Position numbers and translations under genes: made by a program
Assembly: GCA_038087875.1 (NCBI GenBank)
Contig: CM075997.1
Coordinates: 2,234,001-2,298,000 of the forward strand
Direction: 5' to 3'
Source: Malacoraja senta
Taxonomy: Eukaryota
Length of the DNA: 64,000 bases
Notes under the pieces: generated by a model
Databases searched by the model: none
Told to the model about the DNA's origin: nothing
What the model saw: only the letters and a program-made list of their open reading frames with translations
Shown: in pieces, positions 50,877 to 63,619 of the stretch
Layout of the letters: the number at the start of each line of letters is the position of its first letter
Position numbering within the stretch: position 1 is the stretch's first letter

Positions 50877-53800
50877 GGACAGAGCAGAGTTAAAGTCACC
50901 AGCTCATGGTCATGAGGTCATCAGTGATAGGAGCAGAATTAGGCCATTCGTCCCATCAAGTTCACTCGGCCATTCAATCCTGGCTGATCTATCTCTCCCT
51001 CCCAACCCCATTCTCCTGCCTACTCCCCATAACCCCTGACACCCGTACTAATCAAGAATCTATCTATCTCTGCCTTATAAATATCCACTGACTTGGCCTC
51101 CACAGCCTTGTGGGGCAAAGAATTCCATAGATTCACCACCCCCTCCCATTCCGTATCTGACCTCTCTGTCCTGGGTCTCCTCCATGGCCACAGCGAGCAA
51201 CACCTGAAATTGGAGGAAATGCACCTCATATTCCGCTTGGGCAGTCTACATCCTGGGGGCTTGAACATTGAATTCTCCCAATACTGCTAGCCCTTGCTGT
51301 CCCCTCCCCTTCATCAGCCCTCTGATTGTCTCCTCCCCTCCCCCAGCCCTCGGGCTCCTCCTCCGCCTTTTTTCCTTTTTTCCTTTCTTCTCCCCACCCC
51401 CTATCAGTCTGAAGAAGGGTTTCGGCCTGAAACGTTGCCTATTTCCTTCGCTCCATAGATGCTGCTGCACCCGCTGAGTTTCTCCAGCATTTTTGTCTAC
51501 CTTCCTTTAATCCCATGGTTGAAGGTGAACTGCCTTGGTGCATAAGGAGGTGAAGACCAGTCCCATTGACATACTTCCTGCAGCAGGTGGTCCAAAATAG
51601 AACACGATACTGCAAATGTGGCCTCACCAACGCCTTGTACAAGTAGCTTCCCAACTTCTATACTCAATACACTGACTAAGTCAATGTACCAAAATCCCTC
51701 TTTACCAGCATGTTTGGCTTCTTCCAAGTAGCGTGGGTTTGAGAAGGCGTGAGTGGTGGAGAATAAGCAAAATTGAGTTGGCAGGGAAAGGATAACATTC
51801 TTATCTTGAGCAAAAATAGATAATAAAAGCTTCAGCTGTTGTTCATAAGGTCATAAGTGATAGGAGCAGAATTAGGCCATTCGGCCCATCAAGTCTACTC
51901 CACCATTCAATTATGGCTGATCTCTCCCAGTCCCAACCCCATTCTCCTGCCTTCTCCCCATAACCCCTGATACTCGTTCCATGTATCCAGGGATAACTGA
52001 TTAATGTTATCAACTCCACTTGTAAGGGTGGGATGGGGAAGGGGTATTAATGTGATCTGGTCTTGTTTGCCAGATCTGCCAATGCCCTTGGCGCTCCATG
52101 GCCCCACTGTCATTGGGAAACAGATGTAACAATAGACAATAGACAATAGGTGCAGGAGTAGGCCATTCGGCCCTTCGAGCCAACACCGCCATTCAATGTG
52201 ATCATGGCTGATCATCCCCAATCAGTACCCCGTTCCTGCCTCCTCCCCATATCCCCTGACTCCGCTATCTTTAAGAGCCCTATCTAGCTCTCTCTTGAAA
52301 GTATCCAGAGAACCGGCCTCCACCGCCCTCTGAGGCAGAGAATTCCACAGACTCACAACTCTCTGTGAGAAAAAGTGTTTCCTCGTCTCCGTTCTAAATG
52401 GCCGACCCCTTATTCTTAAACTGTGGCCCCTGGTTCTGGACTCCCCCAACATCGGGAACATGTTTCCTGCCCCTAGCGTGTCCAAACCCTTAACAATCTT
52501 ATATGTTTCAATAAGATCCCCTCTCACCCTTCTAAACTGTGCTGTGTCTTTGATTCCTTGAGAGTGGACAGCCATAAAGTTGAAGGGACATTAAGATCCA
52601 GAGACGGCCAAATGAATATCCCTGTGATCTTCCATAGGTACCGTAATGTTATAGCAGCATGCAACACGGAAACAAGCCCTTTGACCAACCGTACATCAAC
52701 TACCATCTTTACGAATCCCATTTTCCAGGCTTTGTTCCATAGACTTATATACGTTGACAACTCTAATGGTAGTCTATATACGTGTAGGGAGGAACTGCGT
52801 AAGAAAGAACTGCAGATGCTGGTTTAAATCAAAGGTGGACACAAATTGCTGGAGTAACTCAGCCGGTGAGGGCAGCATCTCTGGAGAAAAGGAATGGGCG
52901 ATGTTTCGGGTCGAGACCCTTCTTCAGACATTGTAGGGAGGAACTGCTCAAGAGTTTAAGAGAGTTCAAGAGAGTTTATTGTCATGTGTCCCTGATAGGG
53001 CAATTACATTCTTGCTTTGCTTCAGCACAACAGAACATAGTAGACATGAATACAGAACAGATCAGTGTGTCCATATACCATTATATAAATATATACACAC
53101 ATGAATAAATAAACTGATCAAGTGCAAATAAACAGATTATGGGCTATTAATGTTCAGAGTTTGTCCGAGCCGAGTTTAATAGCTTGATGGCTGTGGGGAA
53201 GCAGCTATTCCTGAACCTGGTCGTTGCCGTCTTCAGGCTCCTGTACCTTCTACCTGAAGGTAGCAGGGAGATGAGTGTGTGGCCCGAATGATGTGGGTCC
53301 TTAATGATGCTGCCAGCCTATTTGAGGCAGCGACTGTGATAGATCCCCTCGATGGATGGGAGGTCAGAGCCGATGATGGACTGGGCAGTGTTTACTACTT
53401 TTTGTAGTCTTTTCCGCTGGTTTGAACCAAAGACAGTTCCATTCTTCCATTCATCCTCCATTCTAAAGATCTTACAAAGGTGAATAAAATCATGAGGGGA
53501 ATAGACCTACCATTAAAGTAGCTTCTACTGTATATCTCTCGTTCCCCTTTCCCTTGGCTCTGTCTGAAGAAGGGTCTCGACCCGAAATGTCACCTATTCC
53601 GTTTCTCCAGAGATGCTGAGGGACCTGCTGAGTTTCTCCAGCATTTTTTGTGTCTGTCTTTGATTGTCCATATAGTTCTTCAACATTGTGTGCTCATCCT
53701 CCTTCCCCTCCTTCTAAGATCTGAAGAAGGGTCTCGACCCGAAACGTTGCCTATTTCCTTCGCTCCGTAGATGCTGCCTCACCCGCTGAGTTTCTCCAGC

Positions 53801-54657
53801 ATTTTTGTCTACCTCCCCCTAAGACAGTCGGTTCCAGATTCCTACCACCTAGTGTGCGGAAAAAAAATCTTCCCCAGATCTCCTCTAAACCTTCTATTAT
53901 CTCTGGATGAGTTTAGACACTAGTTTTTAGTTAAGTGGCCACAGCATGGAAACAGAGGCAGAGATAGATAGATTCTTGATTAGTACAGGTGTGAAAGGAG
54001 AAGGCAGGAGAATGGAGTTAGGAGGGAGAGATGGATCACAGCCATGATTGAATGGCAGAGTAGACGATGGGCCGAATGGCCTAATTCTGCTCCTATCACT
54101 TATGACCTTATGACCCTTTGGCCCACTGAGTCCACACTGACCATCGATCATCGGTTATGGGGTTAGGAGGGAGAGATAGACCAGCCATGATTGAATGGCG
54201 GAGCAGACTTGATGGGCCGAATGGGCTAATTTGGCTCCTATCACTTATGACCTTATGATCCCTCTTTCACAAGTTGAGGCTTCTGCACTGGGGGGGGGGG
54301 GGGTAGGGGGTAGGGTGGGAGGGGGTAGGTGGTAGGGGGGGAGTTTTCCACAATCTACCCAGTCAATGCCCCCTACGCACACACAACGCCACAGGAGATC
54401 CAGTATCCCCGTGGCTATCAAACTGTACAACTCCTCCCCCTTCTGTCGTTGGGTAGACTGACTTCCTTCACCCCCCCCCCCCTCCCCCAATCTTTGGACA
54501 TCCCCAATCCTGGAGTTTCCGCTCGTCACTTTAATTTCATGTTACAAGTATCTTGTTGTGTACAATGGCTGTTGGCAGACCAATTTCCCTCCTGGGATAA
54601 TTGAAGATCTGTGCAGGAAGGAACTGCAGATGCTGGTTTACACCGAAGGCAGACACA

Positions 54658-55083
54658 GTGGGCAGGTTCTATAGACCTGCACGGGAAGGTAGACGCTCCC
54701 GCCCCCGCGAGTCTCGGGCAGACGGGGCTCGTCAGCCTGGGAAGGCGGTCCACCTAGGAGAGGGAAAACTCTGATTTAAAACCTCCACTGCCTTGTGGCC
54801 ATATCCAGTCATGGAAAAGGCTCCAGGAGCAAACCTCAAGAAAATCCGGAGTCGGAGCCCCTAAGGCAGTTCGTCGCTGTCTACAACCTCGCTCTGGCAG
54901 CTCCTGCGACGGCGCTGGTGCCAAACTGTAACGGCCCTGCTGTTCCTTTGGATCGATCAGCGACGTGGAGAGGGGGGACGTGCTGCATGGGCAACAGCCT
55001 GTCCTCCATATGACATCGCCCAGGCTTGCATCCAGCCAGGATACATCACCCATGGTCAGTCTTGGCTGAAGGGGGCTACTACT
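54658..55083 (+). mobile_element. Short (TAC)n-tailed retroelement, probably RTE-derived (longer copy)
   Basis: Inverse copy of 31835-32199; agacaca duplicated at 54651-54657 and 55084-55090. Confidence 0.6.
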
Positions 55084-55205
55084 AGACACAAAATGCTGGA
55101 GTAACTCCGAGACAGGCAGCATCTCTGGAGAAAAGGAATAGGCGATGTCTCGGGTCGTGACCCTTCTTCACACTGAGAGTCGGGGGAATGGGTTGTATAT
55201 CGTAC

Positions 55206-55376
55206 CTGGATGGTTCCTGAAACACTCTCATTCCTGGTGTTCAGAGACTTCATGGTATCAGTGAAACACATCTTCCTCTCCTGGTAAATGTCTGCAAGCT
55301 TGGCGACATCGTGACACTGGTGGTCTCCGAAGAGTTTGCAAATGCTGCAGATGGGCATGTCGTCCTGCAGACACAT
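55206..55376 (-). CDS. MuRF-related TRIM protein, coding exon 3 (B-box 2 second half and start of coiled coil, 57 aa)
   Basis: tttcacag|ATG...CAG|gtacga; MCLQDDMPICSICKLFGDHQCH completes the B-box begun in exon 2. Confidence 0.92.
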
Positions 55377-55589
55377 CTGTGAAAGCAGCAGAGAGAGAGG
55401 GGGGTGAGGAGTGAGCCGAGTGTGGCAGGATCACACTCACGCACAGGCCGACAACCCAGCTGATATCTCGCCTGATGACAGTGGTTTTCACAGGTTAATT
55501 GGACTCGCCCACCTAACGAGCAGAGGCTGGGTGGGAGTGCAAACTCGAGACCAGGGCCTCATGCAGGGAGGTAGTGGGAGGTGGGGGAT

Positions 55590-56140
55590 TGTGTGTGTGT
55601 GTGTCAGTGTGTGTGTGTCAGTGTGTGTCAGCGTGTCAGTGTGTGTCAGTGTGACTGTGTGTCAGCGTGTCAGTGTGTGTGTGAGCGTGTCAGTGTGAGC
55701 ATGTCAGTGTGTGTGTGTGTCAGTGTGTGTGTGTCAGTGTGACTGTGTGTCAGCGTGTCAGTGTGTGTGTGAGCGTGTCAGTGTGTGTGTGTGTGTCAGT
55801 GTGTGTGTCTCAGTGTGACAGTGTGTCAGTGTGTGTGTCAGTGTGTGTGTCTCAGTGTGACAGTGTGTCAGTGTGTGTGTCAGCGTGTGTGTCTGTGTGT
55901 GTGTCAGTGTGACAGTGTGTGAGTGTCGGTGTGAGTGTCAGTGTGTGTCAGTGTGACAGTGTGTGAGTGTCGGTGTGTGTGTCAGTGTGTGTGTCTCAGT
56001 GTGACAGTGTGTGAGTGTCGGTGTGTGTGTCAGTGTGTGTGTCTCAGTGTCTCAGTGTGTCAGTGTGTGTGGCAGCGTGTGTGTGTGTGTCATTGTGACA
56101 GTGTGTGAGTGTCGGTGTGAGTGTCAGTGTGTGAGTGTTC
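55590..56140. repeat. Degenerate (GT)n/(CAGTGT)n compound microsatellite
   Basis: Direct inspection. Confidence 0.95.
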
Positions 56141-56374
56141 ACACATTCTCCGGATGTGTAAACCAGTCCAGAGTCCTCCCACCCCCCACCCCCACCCCCC
56201 CCCCCCATATCACCAAATTTCTCACCAACCATTATCCACCCATGAGACGCAAGTGAAGCTTGGTTTAGTTTAGGCTATTTGACTACTGAAGGCACTGTGT
56301 TGACAAGTAAGAATGTCATTGTTTTATCTGGGACATGTGACAAAACACCTTGACCAGTGACTCCCACATACTAA

Positions 56375-56668
56375 AGGGCCTGTCTCACTTTCCCGAGTTA
56401 CTCACGAATTCTCCCGAGTTTTCCCCTTGATTCAAACCCGGAGAATGTCCGTAGGAGTCCGTAGATATATCGTAGCGGCTCGTTATGCCAGCCGTAGGTA
56501 CTCGGGGCATCAGGTAAGTCGGGACGTATATTTTTTCCAGCATGACACAAAAGTCCACGAGTAAAAAGGATAGTCGGGAGGAGGAGCTCGTAGATCACAA
56601 AAATCTAGATTTTTTTTTTTAAGGTCCTTTCAACTCGGCAGAGGGCTCGGGAAAGTGGGACAGGCCCT
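56375..56668. mobile_element. PIF/Harbinger-type MITE
   Basis: AGGGCCTGTCtCACTTTCCCGAG...CTCGGGAAAGTGGGACAGGCCCT; perfect TAA TSD. Confidence 0.85.
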
Positions 56669-56929
56669 TAACATTATCCTACACACACTAGGGGCAATTT
56701 ACAATCTTTGCCAAAGCTAATTAACCTACAAACCAGTACGTCTTTGGAGTGTGGGAGGAAACCGGAGCACCTCGGGATGGCACCTCTGGGCCTGTGAGGC
56801 AGCAACTCTACCGCTGAGCCACTGTGCCGCCCCCTGCAGGACAAAAGCTGTGGACGAGTTATTTCGCTGCGAGCGCAACTCGTGGAGTTGGTGCTGACGC
56901 TGCTGCTGCTGCTGCGCTTGCTCCCTCAC

Positions 56930-57085
56930 CAGGTTGACAAGCTCCTCGTCGTGCTTCTCACACATCTGCTGGCTGTGCTCCTTGTTGCAAATCATCTCCA
57001 ACTCCTGCTTGAACTTCTCCAGCACGTTCTCCGCAAAGATGTTTCGCTTTAGGATGGCGATGCCCCTTCCTCGCAGGTAGGTGAG
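56930..57085 (-). CDS. MuRF-related TRIM protein, coding exon 2 (LTYLRGRGIAILKRNIFAENVLEKFKQE...MCEKHDEELVNL, 52 aa)
   Basis: ctctcgccag|...CTG|gtgagg; resembles the MuRF post-RING segment ([21 protein letters not shown]) and the B-box start CxxH. Confidence 0.92.
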
Positions 57086-60043
57086 CTGGCGAGAGACGGC
57101 AGCTCGGTTTAGAGACGTCCCCTTGGAACAGGCCCCAGCAGCCCACCGGGTCCACGCCGACCATCTGTCACCCCTTCTTCTATGTTATTTCCCCTTTCCC
57201 TGCAATCTAGGGGCAATTTTAAAGACAATAGACAATAGGTGCAGGAGTAGGCCATTCGGCCCTTCGAGCCAGCACCGCCATTCAATGGCTGATCATCCCC
57301 AATCATTACCCCATTCCTGCCTTCTCCACATATCCCCTGACTCCACTATCTTTAAGAGCCCCATCTAGCTCTCTCTCTTTAAGAGCCCTATCTAGCTCTC
57401 TCTAGAGGCCGACCAACCTACACGTCTTTGGGGCGTGGGAGGAAGCCAGAACACCCGGAAGAAACCCACATGGTCACAGGGATGAGCGTGTAAACCCATC
57501 CTACCCTCTACCCCACCAGAATCAGTCTGAACAAGGGCCCCTACCCAAAATGTCACCTATCCATGTTCTCCAGAGATGCTGCCTGACCCGTTGAGATACT
57601 CCAGCACTTTGTGCCTTTTTTCCCAAATCAGCATCTGTAATTCCTTGCATCCACACCACTCTCTATCTAAACTAATTGGCCTGTAGTACAATTGGCCTCA
57701 TCTCCTCTCTTTCTTGCTTCCTCAACAAGGGAGAAATCCTGGCTCTTTTTCCAATCTCCTGACATCCATCCGCCTAGAAATTAATATATTTAACAAAAAA
57801 ATTAAACCAATGGATCCAATATCTCTGTACTTCCTTTAAACCCTTTGGATGTCGGCCAATGGGTCCTGGAAATGTCTGCCTTTAGTCCTGGGAGTTTCTC
57901 TAATATTTTATCCCTTGTGTTTCAGGTTTTCACAGGCAACCCCCTTGCAATTTGGAATTGGTTCATCTCGAGACATTCATATTGTGACGGAGACTGGTGC
58001 AAGAAATTGATTTACCATATCTGCCATTTCTGTGTCTCTTGTTATTAATTCATTAGCCTCGTTCTCAACAGGTCCCATACCTACCTTTGAGAGGTAGGTA
58101 ATCTGAATATCAAAATATTAAAATATATAATATCAGAATATTAAAATATCAAAATATTAATTCACCAGCTTCATTCTCAAGAGGTGCTTAGTCACCTTCC
58201 TATTTACCTCTCCGTGGAAATACTTTGCTTGGATTTTATATGCAAGTTATCTTTCAAAATAGTTTTGATTCCCTTCTTGTCTCTTCTAAGCATTTTATTC
58301 TGTCGTTTATTCTAAACATTTCCCATTCCTCTGGCATTGCCAATTTGTCTGCTCTACTTTGCAGTTTGACATTATTCCCGAGCTGCTTTGTAAACCTTAG
58401 ATTATTCCCATGGAATCCCTCTTTCTAATTGGGATGAATTCCTGCTGGGTGTTCTGGACCACCTACTCGAAGATCTGCATCAACTAACATGTCAGTGGAT
58501 TATTTTGTTTTAGTTTAGTTAAGAGGTACAGCGCAGAAACAGGCCCGTCAGCCCACTGAGTCCGCACCGACCAGCGATCCCCGCACACTAACACCATCCT
58601 ACACACACTCGGGACAATTCACAGTTATACCAAGCCAATTAACCTACAAACCTATAAACCTGTACGTCTTTGGAGTGTGGGAGAAAACCGAAGATCTCGG
58701 AGAAAACCCACGGGGAGAACGTACAAACTCCGTACAGACAGCGCCCGTAGTCGGGATCGAACCCGGGTCTCTGGTGCTGGGAGGCAGCAACTCTACCACT
58801 GTGCCACCATGCTGTCCTGACCTACTTGGTTAAACATAGAGACCCAAGCCCTTAATTTGGTGCACAAACTGAGGGCAGGACTGCAGCACTGTTGCGGATG
58901 CTATGTTTCATGAGAAATAAAAACCATTTTCCCCCTGCTCTTTCAAAGCCTCGGTAGGCGTGGCAATAAACGAAACGCAACTCGCCGGAGAACGTGCAAG
59001 TTCGTGCGGCACTAATTAGGGAAAATAGACACAAAATGCTGGAGTAACTCAGCGGGGCAGACAGCATCTCTGGAGAGAAGGAATGAGTGACGTTTAGGGT
59101 CGAGACCCTTCTTCAGACTGATGTTAGTTTGTCAGTCAGTTGCCAGTTATCAGTCTGAAGAAGGGTCTCGACCCGAAACGTCACCCATTCCTTCTCTCCA
59201 GAGATGATGCCTGTCCAGCTGAGTTACTCCAGCATTTTGTGTCCATCTTCAGTTTAAATCAACATCGGTTCCTTCCAACACACTAATTGGGAAAGGGCAG
59301 AGGAAATATTGGATTACCTTTCTCCCAATTCTCTTTGTCGAGCCTGCTGACATGTTTCCTGCTTTGACCACCTCAAAAATTACTTAATTGCCTTTATAAT
59401 TACCTGAGGCTTTGAAAGGTACACCTTGCGTAAGCCTTCCATTCAATTTCACCAGAACAGCCGCATTATCCAGTTCAGGGCAAATGTTTTTCACATGGCT
59501 GGATAATTGGACGAGCTTGTCCAATTATCCTTGTTTTTCTTTTAAATGTCTGTCCAATCAATACATTTTGAAACGTACCATTTCATCTTCAGATTGAGGG
59601 ACAGTTTCTTCCCAGCTGGCAACGGAATCATCCTACCACAACCAGAGAGCAGTGTTGAACTACTATCTACTTCATTGGTGATCCTCGGACTCTCCTTGAT
59701 CAGACTTTGCTGGCTTTACGTTGTACTAAATGTTACTCCCTTATCATGTATCTATACAGTGAATGGCTCGATTGTAATCATGTATTGTCTGGAGAAACTC
59801 AGCGGGTGTGGCAGCATCTATGGAGCGAAGGAAATAGGCAACGTTTTGGGCCGAAACCCTTCTTCAGTCTGAAGATGCGTTTCGGCCCGAAACGTTGCCT
59901 ATTTCCTTCGCTCCATAGATGCTGCCGCACCTGCTGAGTTTCTCCAGCATTTTTGTCTACGTTCGATTTTCCAGCATCTGCAGTTCCTTCTTAAACATCA
60001 TGCATTGTCTTTCTGCTTATATTATTTCTTTGCTATATTTCAG

Positions 60044-60670
<627 letters not shown>

Positions 60671-61587
60671 CTCCCCCTCCCCCTCCACCTCCCCCTTCCC
60701 CTCTTGCATCCAGCTTGACACAGATGTATGTTCAATGGTATATCTCTTTTCATTCTTCCAAACACTAATCAATGCAGGTCTCGGAGATCCAATCTCTCCT
60801 TAAACCACAGCTCAGCCCTTTTGCACATTGCAATAATGGAAGATTCTTTTGGTGAATTTTGGTTTAAAACCAGATACAAATCCCAATAAAGGCTTGTATT
60901 CTTATCATGCCTTGCACCACTTCCCTTAGCAGTTTACAGCCATTGACATGCACTCATTAAAGTGTGCTCACAGTATGTTTAGTTTACAGATATAGCATGG
61001 AAACAGGCTCTTCGGCCTGCCGAGTCCATGCCGACCCTCGATCACCCCTTCACACTTGTTCTATGTATCCCACTTCTGCACCCACTCTCTACACACAAGG
61101 GGCAATTTTACAGAGGGCTGATTAACCTACAACACCGCATGTCCTTGGGATGTGGTGGGGAGACCAGTGCGCCTGGCGGAAACTCACGCGATCACAGGGA
61201 GAACGTGCAAACTCCACACGCAGACAGCAACCGGGGTCAGGATCGAACTGGGTCTCTGGCGCTGTGAGGCAGCAGCTCTACCAGCAGTGCCGCTGTGCGT
61301 GACATGTTGCAGCCAAACTCCACACAGCAAGCTCCCATACAAGAGCAGCGTGACAGGACAATCTGCTTCACTAACGGGGACCTGAATGACCACTATTGCT
61401 TGGCTGGCTCGACGGTCCTGGCTCGAAGGGCCGAATGGCCCACTCCTGCACCTATTGTCTATTGACTATTGGGCAGAACCCCAGGATTAAGCCTCTTGCG
61501 TTCAATGCAATTACATTCAACTGCAAGAGAGCAGACTGGGCCTCTCTCTAAAATTGCAGCATGTTAGACAGAGCAACACTGCAACAT

Positions 61588-62146
61588 TAGAAACATAGAA
61601 ACATAGAAAATAGGTGCAGGAGTAGGCCATTCGGCCCTTCGAGCCTGCACCGCCATTCAATATGATCATGGCTGATCATCCAACTCAGTATCCTGTACCT
61701 GCCTTCTCTCCATACCCCCTGATCCCTTTAGCCACAAGGGCCACATCTAACTCCCTCTTAAATATAGCCAATGAACTGGCATCAACTACCTTCTGTGGCC
61801 GAGAATTCCACAGATTCACCACTCTCTTTGTGAAAAATGATTTTCTCATCTCGGTCCTAAAAGACTTCCCCCTTATCCTTAAACTGTGACCCCTTGTTCT
61901 GGACTTCCCCAACATCGGGAACAATCTTCCTGCATCTAGCCTGTCCAACCCGTTAAGAATCTTGTAAGTTTCTATAAGATCCCCCCTCAATCGTCTAAAT
62001 TCTAGCGAGTACAAGCCGAGTCTATCCAGTCTTTCTTCATATGAAAGTCCTGCCATCCCAGGAATCAGTCTGGTGAACCTTCTCTGTACTCCCTCTATGG
62101 CAAGAATGTCTTTCCTCAGATTTGGTGACCAAAACTATACACAATT
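61588..62146 (-). mobile_element. CR1 LINE 3' fragment
   Basis: ORF 61685-62056; same family as 2260-4342. A second CR1 subfamily fragment follows at about 62250-62828. Confidence 0.9.
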
Positions 62147-63433
62147 ACAGACTACACACAGAATACAGCACAAGAACAGGCCCTTCGGCTCATAATGTCT
62201 GTGCCAAACATGATGCTCTTATCTACCTGCAAATAATCTATCTCATAAGAACATAAGATCATAAGTGGTAGAAGTAGAATTAGGCCATTCAGCCCATCAT
62301 GTCTACTCCGCCATTCAATCATGGCTGGTCTATCTCTCCCTCCAAACCCCATTCTCCTGCCTTCTCCACATAACCTCTGACACCCGTACTAATCAAGAAT
62401 CTATCTATCTCTGCCTTAAATATGTCCACTCTCTTTGGCTCCACAGCCTTCTGTGGCAAATAATTCCACAGATTCACCACCATCTGACTAAAGAAATTCC
62501 TCCTCATCTCCTTCTTAAAAGAACGGCCTTTAATTCTGAGGCTATGACCTCCAGTCCTAGACTCTCCCACTAGTGGAAACATCCTCTCCACATCCACTCT
62601 ATCCAAGCCTTTCACTATTCTGTATGTTTCAATGAGATTCCCCCCTTCATACTTCTAAACTCCAGCGAGTACAGGCCCTGTGCCGACAAATGCTCATCAT
62701 ATGTTAACCTACTCATTCCTGGGATCATTCTTGTAAACCTCCTCTGGACCCTCTCCTGAGCCAACACATCCTTCCTCAGATATGGAGCCCAAAATTGCTC
62801 ACAATACTCCAAATGTGGCCTGACCAGAATTATCTCCCTCCATCCTCTGCATATCTATGTGCCTATCCAATAGCATCTTAAATGCCACTAACACATCTGC
62901 TTCAACCACCAACCCCAGCAACACATTCCAGGCACTCATCACTCTGTGTTAAAAAACCTGCCCCGCACATCACCGTTAAACTTTCCCCCTCTCACCTTAA
63001 AGCTGCGCGCTCTAGTATTTGATTTTTTTTTCTCCATCCTGGGAAAAAAGGTTGTGACTGTCTACCTTATCTGTGCCTCCCATCATTTTATATACTTTAT
63101 ATTAGGTCTCCCCTCAACCTCTGGCGTTCCAGAGAAAACAATCCAAGTCTGTCCAACCTCCCCCGTGGATCCATGCTGGAATCTGGAGTTAAAAAGGCAA
63201 ACCCTGGACATATTGGTGGGGTCAAGCAGCATCTGTGGGGGAAATGGGTAGATGACACTCTGGGTCAGGACCCTTCTTCAGACCCAAGTCAAAATGCCGC
63301 CATCTCCCACCATAGAATCTGCCTACGATTTTGGTGTCTAGCAGGATTGGGACACACATCCTTTCCTAGTCTCGGGCAGACGGGCCACCAAGTGGCTCTA
63401 ATCGTGATCTAAAAATAAAGTTTCTCCTCCTAC

Positions 63434-63619
63434 TTTTCTGCACATGGGGCAGTAGAAGTGACCATTCACGTGGGTACAGTTCTGAGAGAAGAGTGTGGCC
63501 TCAATGCACTGCTTGCAGTAGTTGTGGCCACAGGGCAGCTCCAGGATGGGAGGGGTGAAGAGCTCCAGGCACACAGGGCATGACAACTCCTTGGCCAGTG
63601 CTTCACGAGGAACAGCCAT
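63434..63619 (-). CDS. MuRF-related TRIM protein, first coding exon (C3HC4 RING, 62 aa)
   Basis: gcggcaATGG Kozak context with an in-frame TGA 15 nt upstream; CPVC..CGH..CKQC..CPMC; donor AAA|gtagga; probable acceptor at 63670-63671, implying an upstream non-coding exon. Confidence 0.93.

Noticed and set aside
54658..54800. HDV-like ribozyme at the 5' end of the RTE-type element
   Set aside because: Some RTE 5'UTRs carry one, but I could not build the P1/P1.1/P2/P3/P4 double pseudoknot by eye; an RNArobo/Infernal search would be needed.
63434..63619. Assigning TRIM54, TRIM55 or TRIM63 as gene symbol
   Set aside because: Similarity is family-level only; exon structure and C-terminus differ.
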